From NCBI GenBank assembly GCA_013265495.1, contig MU061544.1:210214-274213 (forward strand): a stretch of DNA of 64,000 nt. The letters run 5' to 3'. Each line of letters starts with the position of its first letter. The first letter of the stretch is position 1. The position numbers and the translations under genes are program-made. The notes under the pieces are model-generated. The model did no database searches. It saw nothing but the letters and a program-made list of their open reading frames with translations, and was not told the DNA's origin. The DNA is from Vicugna vicugna. Its lineage: Eukaryota. Positions 24,865 through 36,030 of the stretch are shown one piece after another.

Positions 24865-25830
24865 TAAAATCAATCATGTTATGGTTGTGCTCAAAATTCT
24901 TCAAAGACCACCTATTGGGGTTGTAGAATAAGATTCAAAGTCTTAAAAGTGCTTACAAGTCCTTTCCAAATTTGGCATCTGGCCAGAGGGATCGTTAGTT
25001 ACAACTGTCAACCTAATAATGATCCAGGGCCTCTCTTTGCCGTAACTTTCTCCCTTATCCCTTAAGCATCGAAAGGCAGTCAGCTAAGAAATTACAGTTG
25101 TCTTGGGGTAGCTGTAATCTTTGGAGGTGGAGAGCCCTGTGTTTTGGAATGGGAAAAGTTCCTGGGGTTTAAATCAGAGTAGTGGGAATGTCTCCCACGC
25201 AGTGAAGCCCATACTTATCCAGCTTTTTTAGTACAGGAAGGACTTCACCTCATCAATCTGCTGGGTACTAGAACAGGGACGTCTTGATCCCGGATGCTGT
25301 TTGACTCCCTCTCCATGCAGACTTGCCTACCAGTGGTGAGCAGGAGGGGAGAGCGTGCTCCCAGTGAACCAAGAGTGGTTTCCTATAAAGAGGGGGCATG
25401 GTGGGACCTGCAGGTCTTTGGAACTCCTGCCTTCCAACAGCCCACCTCAGGCACCAAGGTTTGGCCACTGAAATCATAACAGTGCAAGGTGCTAACATAG
25501 CCCAGATGTAATACTTAGGCTGCTTTCACTTCGCTTTACCACCCTCCTGCCTCCCTCTTCAGCCTCACCTTGGTCACATGCCTCCCGATCGCTAATCTCT
25601 ATTTGGATACTTTTCGTCTTCTAAAGGCAATATACCGGCTACCCTCTGGTAGAAACATGCACTTTATCATGCTACACTCTTCCGCTAAGCCCTTCGCTTC
25701 TCTCATCTGGATCTCTGCCACAAATACTGTACAGTAGTCTCCTTCGGTCTTAGTTTTCCCAAGCCCTAGCATAAGTTAGAGTTAGTTCCTCCTGGAAAAC
25801 ATCCTTAGAGTGCACGCATTTCATTACTTA
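24865..25830 (+). mobile_element. L2 fragment split by an unidentified ~560-bp insert (24984-25542)
   Basis: ctcaaaattcttcaaagacc...cttacaagtcctttcc...tctggcc resumes as ctcctgcctccctcttcagcctcacc, matching L2 tctggcccctgcctacctctccagcctc. Confidence 0.55.
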
Positions 25831-27027
25831 CTACCATTAAGATCAAGGTTCAGTGAACACACATATACCACATTTGTGTTCACACACGTACACATCCATA
25901 ACGCCTATGAAGCCATCGGTCATTACGTCTTGTTGATGTAAGTAAGCCCAAACACAAGCCCTCGCCCACAGGATGATTCGATTTGATCTTTACCTATTAA
26001 TTGTCTACTTTTCTCTGTATGAGTATATTTCACTTTTTATAAACTTCTGTGCCATCATGTATATCCTATGTTTACTGTTAAAATATTTTAAGACCCTTTA
26101 GAGCAATAACAATGGTATATTTTTCTTATATACTCTACAGCATGACCATAATATTGATATGGTTTCTCCTCAAATATATTTATTGAGCATAACAGAAACA
26201 ATAAACAAATTAACAATTTCAGTTATGAATATAATTTTATTAATTCTGAACCATTATGAATTGGAAACTACATGAAAAAATATGGCTCTGAAAAATTTAT
26301 TCCGATGCCCCAGGAAATCATGCAAAATCTCCTAAGATCACACTTGTGTGAAATAATAATGTACAACATCCTGAGTCATAGATATTAAAAGAACATCTGA
26401 AAGTATAATGTACAATTAATGAAGGAAAATTAAACATGCAATCGAGTTATTCTTTCTGCTGGAAGGAGAAATCAAATATACAGGAAGCATTAGTTTCCAT
26501 TTATCTTCAAGTTCTAATCTGTATTCACATATGTGTATTTGCATTCCCAAGTTCAGATTTAATAAGCAGAAATGATTATTTTAGGCTATAATTGATTATA
26601 GAAAGTCTGTGAGGATCAGACTTCAAATGTAACTCTCACAATTCTGTGAAGTCAATCAAAACACAAATCACTGGGCTTGTGATTTGCCACTTCTCTGTCT
26701 TCATTAACTGTACTATTGCCCTGGGCAAATCTCAACTTTAGCTGAAGCTGCTTATCAGATGACAACCTTACCTGAGTAAATAAATTTTACCACACCTTCT
26801 CAGGCTGTGTACCTAAATGAAGATCCAGGATTACCTTTTAACAGGTGAGCCTTCTTTTTCATTTCTGGCCTACACTGAAAATGATAACTTTCTTAAAAAA
26901 ACAAAACAAAACACTCCACTGATGTTGCTGCTTACTTGGCATGCTGCAGCTTTCAGAGCTCTAGTAGCTTCGATGAGAGCATTCCCATCTTCCGTTATGA
27001 GGGCAAGTCATGCGACTTCCATTAAAT

Positions 27028-27207
27028 TAGTGATTCTCAATATTGTTGTGCATTGTAATCACCTGGGGAGCTTTTACAAGGACTGATGCCTGGGTCGCAC
27101 CCCCAGAGATTCTGAGGTAATTGGTTTGGACTCCAGCTTCCCTGGGCATGGTATTTTTAAAAGCTCCCCAAGTGATTCTAATGTGCAGCTGAGGTTGAAA
27201 ATCACTG
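27028..27207. mobile_element. MER5A hAT-Charlie MITE
   Basis: Palindromic: tagtgattctcaa...aatcacctggggagctttta / taaaagctccccaagtgatt...ttgaaaatcactg; degenerate 8-bp TSD cattaaat/cactaatt. Confidence 0.92.
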
Positions 27208-28200
27208 CACTAATTAATAGAATAATAATGAATTGCCTAATCACGGAGAAGACCACACGGATAAAACTAGGGTTATAAATGGAAACCTATTATTTTTGTG
27301 AAAAAATATTTTTGAGGGATTGAAAATACAGTTAGGTTTGACGTTTGTATAATTGTACACAGCCTTTATTTCGTAGAAGATCCAATATCTATCTTGGTGA
27401 ATTATAATCAGGTGACTCACTACTAATTTTGTGTTTATGTTCTCATACCAGCATAAAGTGAACTTGATCAAGATTCATCTATTCATTAATTAAACACATA
27501 CGTATTAAGTCCTTAGACCATGTTACTCGATCTGATTTGTTGGATCTTCTTAGAAAATCATTAAGGAGGAACTTCATTGTTTATTTCCCACATGGGTTAA
27601 CACTAAATTGAGAAGGGGAAAAGTCTTAAAAGAAAGAACTTAAACACAGAGCTCACGATTACTTTCCACAAACCAGATAAGAGCACTGAATTATCCTTTC
27701 TGTCAAAGGCATTACATCATTTGCTAGACACAAAAATTAGGTGAATAAATAAGATGCTATATGTGAAAGTCAAGCAAAAAACACTCATTTCCTGTTAGCT
27801 TTCTCTGAAGCTTGTATTATTATTGCAATAATAACAATTTGGATAAGTAACTAAACTGTCCTTCCCACTCCAAACTGTTCCTTCCATTACTGCCAGATTA
27901 ACTTCATACTTCTGCCAACAACACAGAGATATATAAAGTTAAAAAGTTATAAATCGTGCTTCAGTGACAAAAATCTTACTTTCCTTTCCAGGAGTAACTA
28001 TGTTTCCCCCACTATAACAGTTTTTAAATTAGTTTTTTATGTATAACTTTGACAATTCTATGAAACACTTTATTACTTCCATTTTACAGGTGAGACAATC
28101 TGAGGTCTTGTAAGGGGCAGGCAGGAGTTGACAATGTGCTTATCTACTGTGCTTTCTCAAGTTCAGGAGTAGGTATTTCCCTAACACTCTTTATATGTTC

Positions 28201-28683
28201 TTTTTCCCCCTCCAGTTTTATTGAGATATAGTTGATATGGCAGTATATAAGTTTAAGGTGCACAGCATAATAATTTCACTTTCATGCATCATGAAATGAT
28301 TCCCACAATAAGTTTAGTGAATATCCATCATCTCATTTAGGTGCAAAATTTAAAAATAGAAAAAAATAGGGGGAGGGTATAGCTCCGGGGTAGAGAACAT
28401 GCGTAACACACACGAGGTCCTGTGTTCAATCCCCAGTATCTCCATTAAAGATAAATCTAATTACCTCACCCTTAACAAAATCTTTTAAAAAATAAAAATT
28501 AAAAAAAAAAGAAAAAATATTTTTATGATGAGAATTCTTAGGATCTACTTTCATATATAACACACAGCAGTGTTAATTAGATTTATCATCCTGTACATTA
28601 CCTCCCTAGTACTTACTTGTCTTATAACTGGGAGTTTGTACCTTTTGACTGCCTTCATTCAATTTCTATTCCCCCTACCCTCT
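28201..28683 (-). mobile_element. L1 3' terminal fragment (host of a SINE)
   Basis: ttttattgagatatagttga...aagtttaaggtgcacagcat...cttataactgggagtttgtaccttttgact. Confidence 0.85.
28369..28510 (+). mobile_element. tRNA-Ala-derived SINE (camelid vic-1-like)
   Basis: ggggagggtatagctccggggtagag...gaggtcctgtgttcaatccccagtatctcc with A/B boxes, ctaattacctc body, A tail; flanking agaaaaaa(a)ta duplication. Confidence 0.88.
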
Positions 28684-29989
28684 GAGGAGTGACTCTTATT
28701 AAAAATTTGGAATGTAACTCCCAGAAATTTCATGCACAAATGCACAAACTTTAAATATCTATACAAACATAAGCGTATATGTATGTATGTATGTATCTAC
28801 CTAGTATATAAATTTCTATTTCTGGGGGACATTCCATACTAGCCCTAATAGAACTATTTCATCCTTTTTATAACTTACAAGTATATTATGTACGGATTTA
28901 TTTTACTTTCTCATTTTAAAAATCTAAGTTCTAAAATGTTAACTAAGAAATACTTCTTCAAGAATACATTTGTATGCTGAAGAGAATGATTCAGCAGAGT
29001 GAGATACACTGATGATACGAAAGAGAGAGAGAGGTGGGGGTAACTGTAGAAATTAAGTCTTTGAGATCCTGAGACAGAGCAGGATCAGAGAAACTACCTT
29101 TGATGCATGAAATTTATTCCATTTACAACCAGAGAAGAGGCAGTGAATACGCATACGGATGCAAACAGTTTGGTAAAATTTGTGGAGAGACACAAAAAAA
29201 ATGACCGGTGCTTTTTTTCACTATAATTTTTTGTCTTTCAATACAGTTTTTGGGGAATACATACACAGGGCTTGGAAGACTAATACACTGTGTGACATAA
29301 TCGTCTGGAAAAACAAATGTAAATATACCAGAGAAGTATTGTGGAAATTCTGACCAGCAGAGTGCATTTTTAATATTAATAATCATTAAAGAGAAAGATA
29401 CTGACAATCATGTGCACTATTCACCAATCAGCATTCATCTGCTTAAGGAAAAACCATTGAGTGGAAAGATACCCAGTTATAGCCAATACTGGACCTTTCC
29501 CAGCTGTATACTATGGAGGGAAGGCAAGCAATAGAATTGAAATGAGTCACTACAATTATGGAGCACAGAATCCAAGCTGGATAATGACAGAAGTGAGTAT
29601 GTGTGAAGCTGTTGGGTTAATATATTAGTAAGGATAAGTGCATGAGAGTCAGAGACAAAGGTTGATGGAGATGATGAAAATGGCAGTAAGAAGTTCAGGA
29701 ACCATGAAGACAAAATACAGGAGAGATCATCCTTATGGATATTCCATCATCCAAGTATATGAGGACAAGAGAAGTGGTAGAAAGAACTAGAGTGAGCCAG
29801 GTGTGAAATACAAGGGAAATGAGAAGTGACTTCACTGGGAGATGAACGTGTCAAGAGGAGAATCGGTCAATGAAGACCCATGGCGTGAAGTTCAAAAGAT
29901 CTGGAGTTTTGAAGAAGGAAGATAAATAGCTTAAAATCAGCAACAAGAGCAAACAAGATGCTTACTTCTCCAGTCCCTCATTATTTGTG

Positions 29990-30270
29990 TGGCTTAAACT
30001 GTTTCCATATATTTACAGGCCATTGGGGTTTTACCTTCTGTGAAATTACTGTTCTAATCCTGTATCCAATTTTCTATTGAATTGTTTGCCTGGGTCTTAT
30101 TTATTTGCAACAGTTTGTTATGTATTCTGAGTTCTGATACTGTGATATATGTTCAAGTAACTTCCTCCAGGTTATCTTTATCTTTTAACTTTTTATGTCA
30201 TTTTTTTTGAATAGAAAATTTAATTTTTAGGTAGTTAGATTTATCAGTCTTTCCATTATAGTTTTCCCCC
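29990..30270 (-). mobile_element. Old L1 ORF2 fragment
   Basis: tttccatatatttacaggccatt...tccaatttttctattg...tttatcagtctttcc antisense L1ME-type. Confidence 0.6.
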
Positions 30271-30837
30271 CTTGCCACAAGCAAGCTACTAGTTTTGGGG
30301 GTTCACAGCACCAGCCCTGGATTCAGTCAGGGGAACTGGCCTCATTCACACCACTGTTCAGTCCTTTGGATCTGTAACCACTAAAAGTAGTTTAATACCC
30401 CTCCTCACTGCCAATATATGTATATATATGCACCCCATATACCTTATACATTTTAATATATTTTCTCAATGACTTCTACATGTTTAAGAAAGTAGGTTGT
30501 AAGTATAGCTGTTCTACCATGATAAGAAGTCAAGAACTTTCAGTCCAAAGAAAAATACTTCAACCCTTGTAGATCCCAGACCCTCTCTCTAAAGAGACAC
30601 ACCTAAAGATTCCATATATAGTATAACTGATTTAATACCCTAATAAACTGAACATGCCAACAGAAAAACAAACACATTTCACAGACTATTCAAAATTACT
30701 AATGATTAATAATCATATGTAAACTGTGAGAAAATACTAGTGATCCAATGAATGTATATTGAATTAAGAACAAAATATAACAAAATGACAAAATATAATA
30801 TGTCAACTAAGAAACTGGTCCTTAAAACCAATACTAT

Positions 30838-31137
30838 TACAGACATAGAAAACAAACTATGGTTATCAAAGGGGAAAGGCAGGAGGAGGGATAAATTAGG
30901 AGTTTGGGATTAACAGACACACACTACTGTATATGAAATAGATAAACAAGGACCTACTGTATAGCACAGGGAACAGTATTCAATACCTTGTAATAACCTA
31001 CTGTGGAAAAGAATCTGAAAAATTATATATATATATATATGCATAACCGAATCACTATGCTTGCTCTACACCTGAGACTAACACAACATTATAAATCACC
31101 TGTGCTTCAATTTAAAAAAAAAGAAAAAGAAAAAAAA
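30838..31137 (+). mobile_element. 5'-truncated L1 3'UTR
   Basis: acagacatagaaaacaaactatggtt...cttcaatttaaaaaaaaagaaaaag; TSD caatactat at 30829-30837 and 31138-31146. Confidence 0.92.
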
Positions 31138-31749
31138 CAATACTATAATCCTCAGGGAGTTCAGTTTACTGGCAAATGGGCCTTTTTAGATACAACTGAT
31201 GATAGATCCTATTAGTAGAAATTTGAGACAAATATTCAAAAATTTAAAACCATACAGACCCCTTGACCATTAATAATTTACTCAGAGAAAATTTGATATT
31301 TGTGTGTAAAGATTTATACAGAAGGAAGTTCATGGCTGTAGTATTTAAAATAATAAGTATTAGAATAATACTAGTAATCAAAAGGTAACTAGCAAATTGA
31401 CGCAATAATGTCTGACCAATGAAAGTAAAGTGCAGAAAAGGATGCTTAATGACCCTGTAAAATTATTATACTATTAAGGGGAGGTGGCAAAGAAGAAGGC
31501 TGCAGAGCAGTAAGATCCCACTTATGACAAACTCACATGCCTACATGTGTGTATGTTTGCTTGTATGACTACAGATAAAAGAACATACCCCCACAAGTTA
31601 AAGGTAATTAAATGTAATCAAGATACTTTTATTTGGAAGGGGGGAAGGAGAGGAAATGACACTATTTTCCATATACATTACACTTGAAATATACTTCTCT
31701 TTGTAAATAGATTTAAAAGGCTGTTATCATTCTTAATTTTTAATTTTTA

Positions 31750-32352
31750 TTGTTGATGATGAACCTATATTGACACATTGTAATCACCCAAAGTCCACAG
31801 TTTATTTTAGGGTTCGCTTTTGGTGTTGTACATTCTATGGATTTGGACAAATGTACAATTACATGTACCCACCATTATAAAATCACAGAGAATCAGAGTA
31901 TTTTTGCCACCTTAAAAGCCACTGTGCTCCACTTATTCATCCCTCCCCGAACCACATGGCAACAACTGATCTTTTGTTTCCACAGTTCTGCCTTTCCCAG
32001 GATGTTGTATAGTTGGATTCATACAGTATGTAACCTTTTCAAATTGGCTTCTCTTTCACTTAGTAATATGCATTTGTTTCCTCCGTATTTTTTTTATGGC
32101 TTGCTAGCTTTTTCTTTTTTTAAACACAATAATATTCCATTGTCTGGATGTACCACAGTTTATCCATTCACCTACTGAAGGACATCTTGGTTGTTTCCAT
32201 GTTTTGGCAGTAATCAATAAAACTGGTATAAATGTCTGTGTATAGGTTTTTGTGTGGACACAGTTTTCAGATCCTCTGGGTAAATACCAAAGAAGGTGAT
32301 TGCTGGATCATATGGTAAGAGTAGGTTTAATTTTGTAAGGTCCCACCAAATT
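31750..32352 (-). mobile_element. L1MC1/2-like 3' fragment
   Basis: aatcacccaaagtccacagttt...cctactgaaggacatcttggttg homologous to 16300-16900. Confidence 0.85.
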
Positions 32353-32594
32353 TCTTGGTAGAGTAGTGGTGACCTCCAAGTTTTTTAACATGCCAACCCA
32401 GAAACTGGAAGACTTATCTTTTAATACTCATATAAGCATAAAAGCTGATAAAGATCATGAACTCCAATTGTGGTTTATTAGAATTCTGAAGAAAAGACTC
32501 CAATTCTTACTACCTTACTTTTCCTCTATAACTTTATGGCTATTATTTCATGTATAAGATTATTTAAAAGTCAATTCTTTACTGTTCTCATTAC

Positions 32595-32629
<35 letters not shown>

Positions 32630-33485
32630 CATTCTTGGACAGTCCTGTAGCCTGGGTTTATTTGATCCATATTCTACATGAAGGACTGAAAAAGTTTAGG
32701 CATTTCTTCTCCTCATTGTTTCCTAACAAATTATAGAGAAATATTTCAGAAACAGGAGGAAGTTGTCTGCACCATCTGCTGATTTTCCTTTGATCCTGAG
32801 TTCTGTGAGTAAACAGTAGGATGGGTTAAAGAGAAGTCAACATCAATAAGCAGATAATACTTTATAGGGATTTCCTAAGGAATAAATTTGAATTTATCTC
32901 CTCTGGGGACAGGGAAGAGTAACACTAAACTGAGTTTAAATGTTCATATATTTGAGGTAGATATTTAGTATTTAAAATGCCCAGTCTAGCTATTACTGTT
33001 AGTGAGAGAGGGTGTGTGTGTGTGTGTTTATGTAAGGGAGTCCACAACCCAAGTTTTAAGTTATAGTAAATTTTATATTTTCCTTCTCACTGCCCTCTGT
33101 CAGGTATAATCTCTTGTATAGTCTTCATTTCCATGCTGAGGTTATAAAACCTCCCGTGAAACATTTGCTATTTCACTGTGCAAGAAGCTCAAGATTTTGC
33201 ATTTAATTTTGGGACCTGGAAGGGAACTTTTTAATGTCAGGCTGTTAAAATTTTATACTTAACTCCAAAATGAAACAGACCTATAACTTTTATAAGAAAA
33301 TAAAAGTATTGTTCTGAGTAAATGGATTCGAAATCCTTTTGTACACTCCAATTGCAAAATATGTCCTTAGTATTTTGTAAACTAGATTAACTAAGAAAGT
33401 AATACAGTCAAGCAAATTAGAAATAAGCCCTAACTCTAATGAGCTGACCATTAAGAATAACAAGCCTATCAAGAATGAACCCAAA

Positions 33486-34755
33486 GAGGATTCTGGGAAG
33501 ATGGCAGAGTAGGATGCATGAGGATTCTGCCTCCCCACCTTGACAACAATTGCATGGCAGAATCTGCTTGATGCAACAGACTGAGGTCTGTTGAAGGCTT
33601 GTAATTTCCAGGGGAAGATGGACTGAAAATCACTAATTTCGGTCAATTTTAGCTTTTAGCACAGTAGCAGCTACATATCCCTAATTCCCAGCCATGAGAA
33701 AGGCAGCTGTGCACATGTTCCTGGAGCAGCTTCCATGTAGGTTTCAGGAGCCAGCAGGTAAAAAAGGACCCTGTCCTCCAAATCAAAAGACATTATCCAC
33801 AGAGTTAAAAGGCTACCCACAGATTGGGAGGAAATATATGCAAATAATATATCTGATAAGAGATTAATATCCAGAATATATAGAGAACTCCTAAAACTCA
33901 ACAACAAATAAACAACCCAATTAAAAAATGGTCAAAGGACTTGAACAGACATTTCTCCAAAAAAAGATATATGAATAGCCAATATGCACATGAAAATGTC
34001 CCTAATCATTAGGGAAATGCAAATGAAAACTACACCCATTAGGAAACGCACTGTCAAAAAGACAGAAAAGAACAAATAAGGATGCAGAGAAATTGAAACC
34101 CTTGTGCACTGCTGGTGGCAATGTAAAATGGTACAGCCACCGTGGAAAACAGCATGGGGGTTCCTCAAAAAATCAGAAACAGAACTATCATATGAACTAG
34201 CAATCCCACTTCCGGGTATATACCTAAAAGAACTGAAAGCAGGGTCTCAAAGAGATATTTGTCCAACCACGTTCAAAGCAACATTACTCACGATAGCTAA
34301 AACACGAAACCAACTCAACTGTCCATTGATGAGTGAATGGATAAACAAAATGTAGTATATACATACAATGGAATATTATTCAGCCTGAAAAAGGAAGGAA
34401 ATTCTGCAATGTGCTGCAACATGGATGAACCTTGAGGATATTATGCTAAGTGAAATGTCAGTCACAAGAAGCAAATACTACATGATTCCACCTATATGAG
34501 GTCTAGAGTAGTCAAAATAATAAAAACAGAAAGAATAATGGTGGTTGCCAGGGGCTAAAGGGAGGCGAGTATGAGGAGTTATTGTTGAACAGGTATAGAG
34601 TTTTAGTTTTACAAGATGAAAAGAGTTATGGGGATGGAGAGGCGGGATAGGTGCACAATGGAAATGTGTTTAACACTACTGAACTACGCAGTTAAAAATC
34701 GTTAAAATGGTAATTAACTTATGTGCATTTTACTACAATAGAAAAGTGGGAAAAA
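33486..34755 (+). mobile_element. L1MB-type element with both ends retained and large internal deletion
   Basis: Starts gaggattctgggaagatggcagagtagga (L1 5' end, YY1-type aagatggc); jumps at ~33784 to late ORF2; perfect TSD aagaatgaacccaaa at 33471-33485 and 34756-34770. Confidence 0.9.
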
Positions 34756-34829
34756 AAGAATGAACCCAAACTCTTAAGATGATAAGCTTGAGAAGAGATA
34801 TCACTAAGAATCAGGTGCTAACTCCTGAT

Positions 34830-35070
34830 GACAGAAAATAATGACAAACATCTTCACAGCTACTGCACTTTGTGCCAAAGCTCGAAATGTTTTCTATATG
34901 TTACTTCTCGTAACAACTATGAAGTGTTATTATTATTATATTCATTTTATAGATAAGCAAATTGAAGCATAGAGGGGTTAGGCATCTTCCCAAGGGTACA
35001 CTTGTAGAGTATATTAAGTATGAAAGCAGTCTGAGTTCCAGAGATCATGTCTTAAGTCAATTCTGAAGGT
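34830..35070 (-). mobile_element. MIR
   Basis: ctcgtaacaactatgaag...cattttatagataagcaaattgaagcatagaggggttagg...cccaaggg. Confidence 0.8.
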
Positions 35071-35584
35071 GGTCATTGGCAGGGAGGCAGTGGTTACTGT
35101 ATTAAATTAAAACCCATTTATTTAGATGACTCCTAAGACCCGATGCTCACATTTTGACATTTTCGAAAAGAAAAAGGCTCTGGCAGAGACTTGAGGAAAG
35201 CAAAGGTTGAAGAGGATCTATTCTAGAGGAGGATGTCCAAAGCCATGAGAATAATCTCCTCTGACACTAAGAATATTGAAAAGGAAAGAAGTCAGTTTCT
35301 GCTTCCTACATTGACTACTAAATATGCCCCAAAAAGCCTCATTAGAACATAGGTATATAGTGTTTTATATGGTTAGTCTATTAAAAGTTATAAGTACCAT
35401 ATACAATTTTTCTCTCTGTATAAATATTTTTATTTTATCTTTTAAACAAATGTTAATTGCACAATACAGATATTAATACATAGTCTCCTTGTAAAATATT
35501 TTTTTAGATTACACATAAAACTAAAACACATTTTGAAGAACAGTGCTATATTATTTATCTTCTTTCTGCATTGAAAATATATAT

Positions 35585-36030
35585 TTATTTTCTCACTATT
35601 CTGTGGATCAGTAATTTGGGCTGGAATCAAGTCTGATTTCTGTTCCACTTACGATCAGTTGAGTTTGCTCAGATGCATATGCCTCAGCTGGGATAGCTGG
35701 GATGGCTGGGATGGTTAGGATGCTGGGATGGCTGGGATGGTTAAGATGACTGAGGTAAGTGGGATGGCTGGAATGGTTGAGATAACTGAGATAAGTGGGA
35801 AGGTTGGGATGGCTGGGATGGCTGGGTTTTTCTCCATATGACATCTCAGTCTTCAAGTAAGTGGTCTCAGATCAGAAGCTGGAAGACCTTCTGAAACCTA
35901 GGCTTGGAACTTGAACAATGTGAAAGTGCAAGTCTCAAGGCCAACCCAGATTGCATGAGTTAAGAAATATACTCTACCTCTTAATTAGAGGAGTTGCAAA
36001 GAATTGTGGCCATTTGCAATCTCTCACAAT
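35585..36030 (-). mobile_element. MaLR MLT1-type LTR containing a minisatellite
   Basis: ttctcactattctgtggatcagtaatttgggctgg...caaggccaacccagatt...gagttgcaaagaattgtggccatt. Confidence 0.7.
35690..35826 (+). repeat. 9-bp-unit minisatellite (gggatggct)n, ~15 units
   Basis: Directly visible tandem array with variant units gggatggtt, gagataact, gagataagt. Confidence 0.92.

Noticed and set aside
28369..28445. tRNA-Ala gene (also 38530-38603 and 58365-58440)
   Set aside because: Broken stems, A-tails, SINE body and TSDs show these are SINE copies
35608..35856. HPS-repeat protein ORF, or a CRISPR-like array
   Set aside because: It is the translation of a 9-bp minisatellite, with no unique spacers or cas genes, in mammalian DNA
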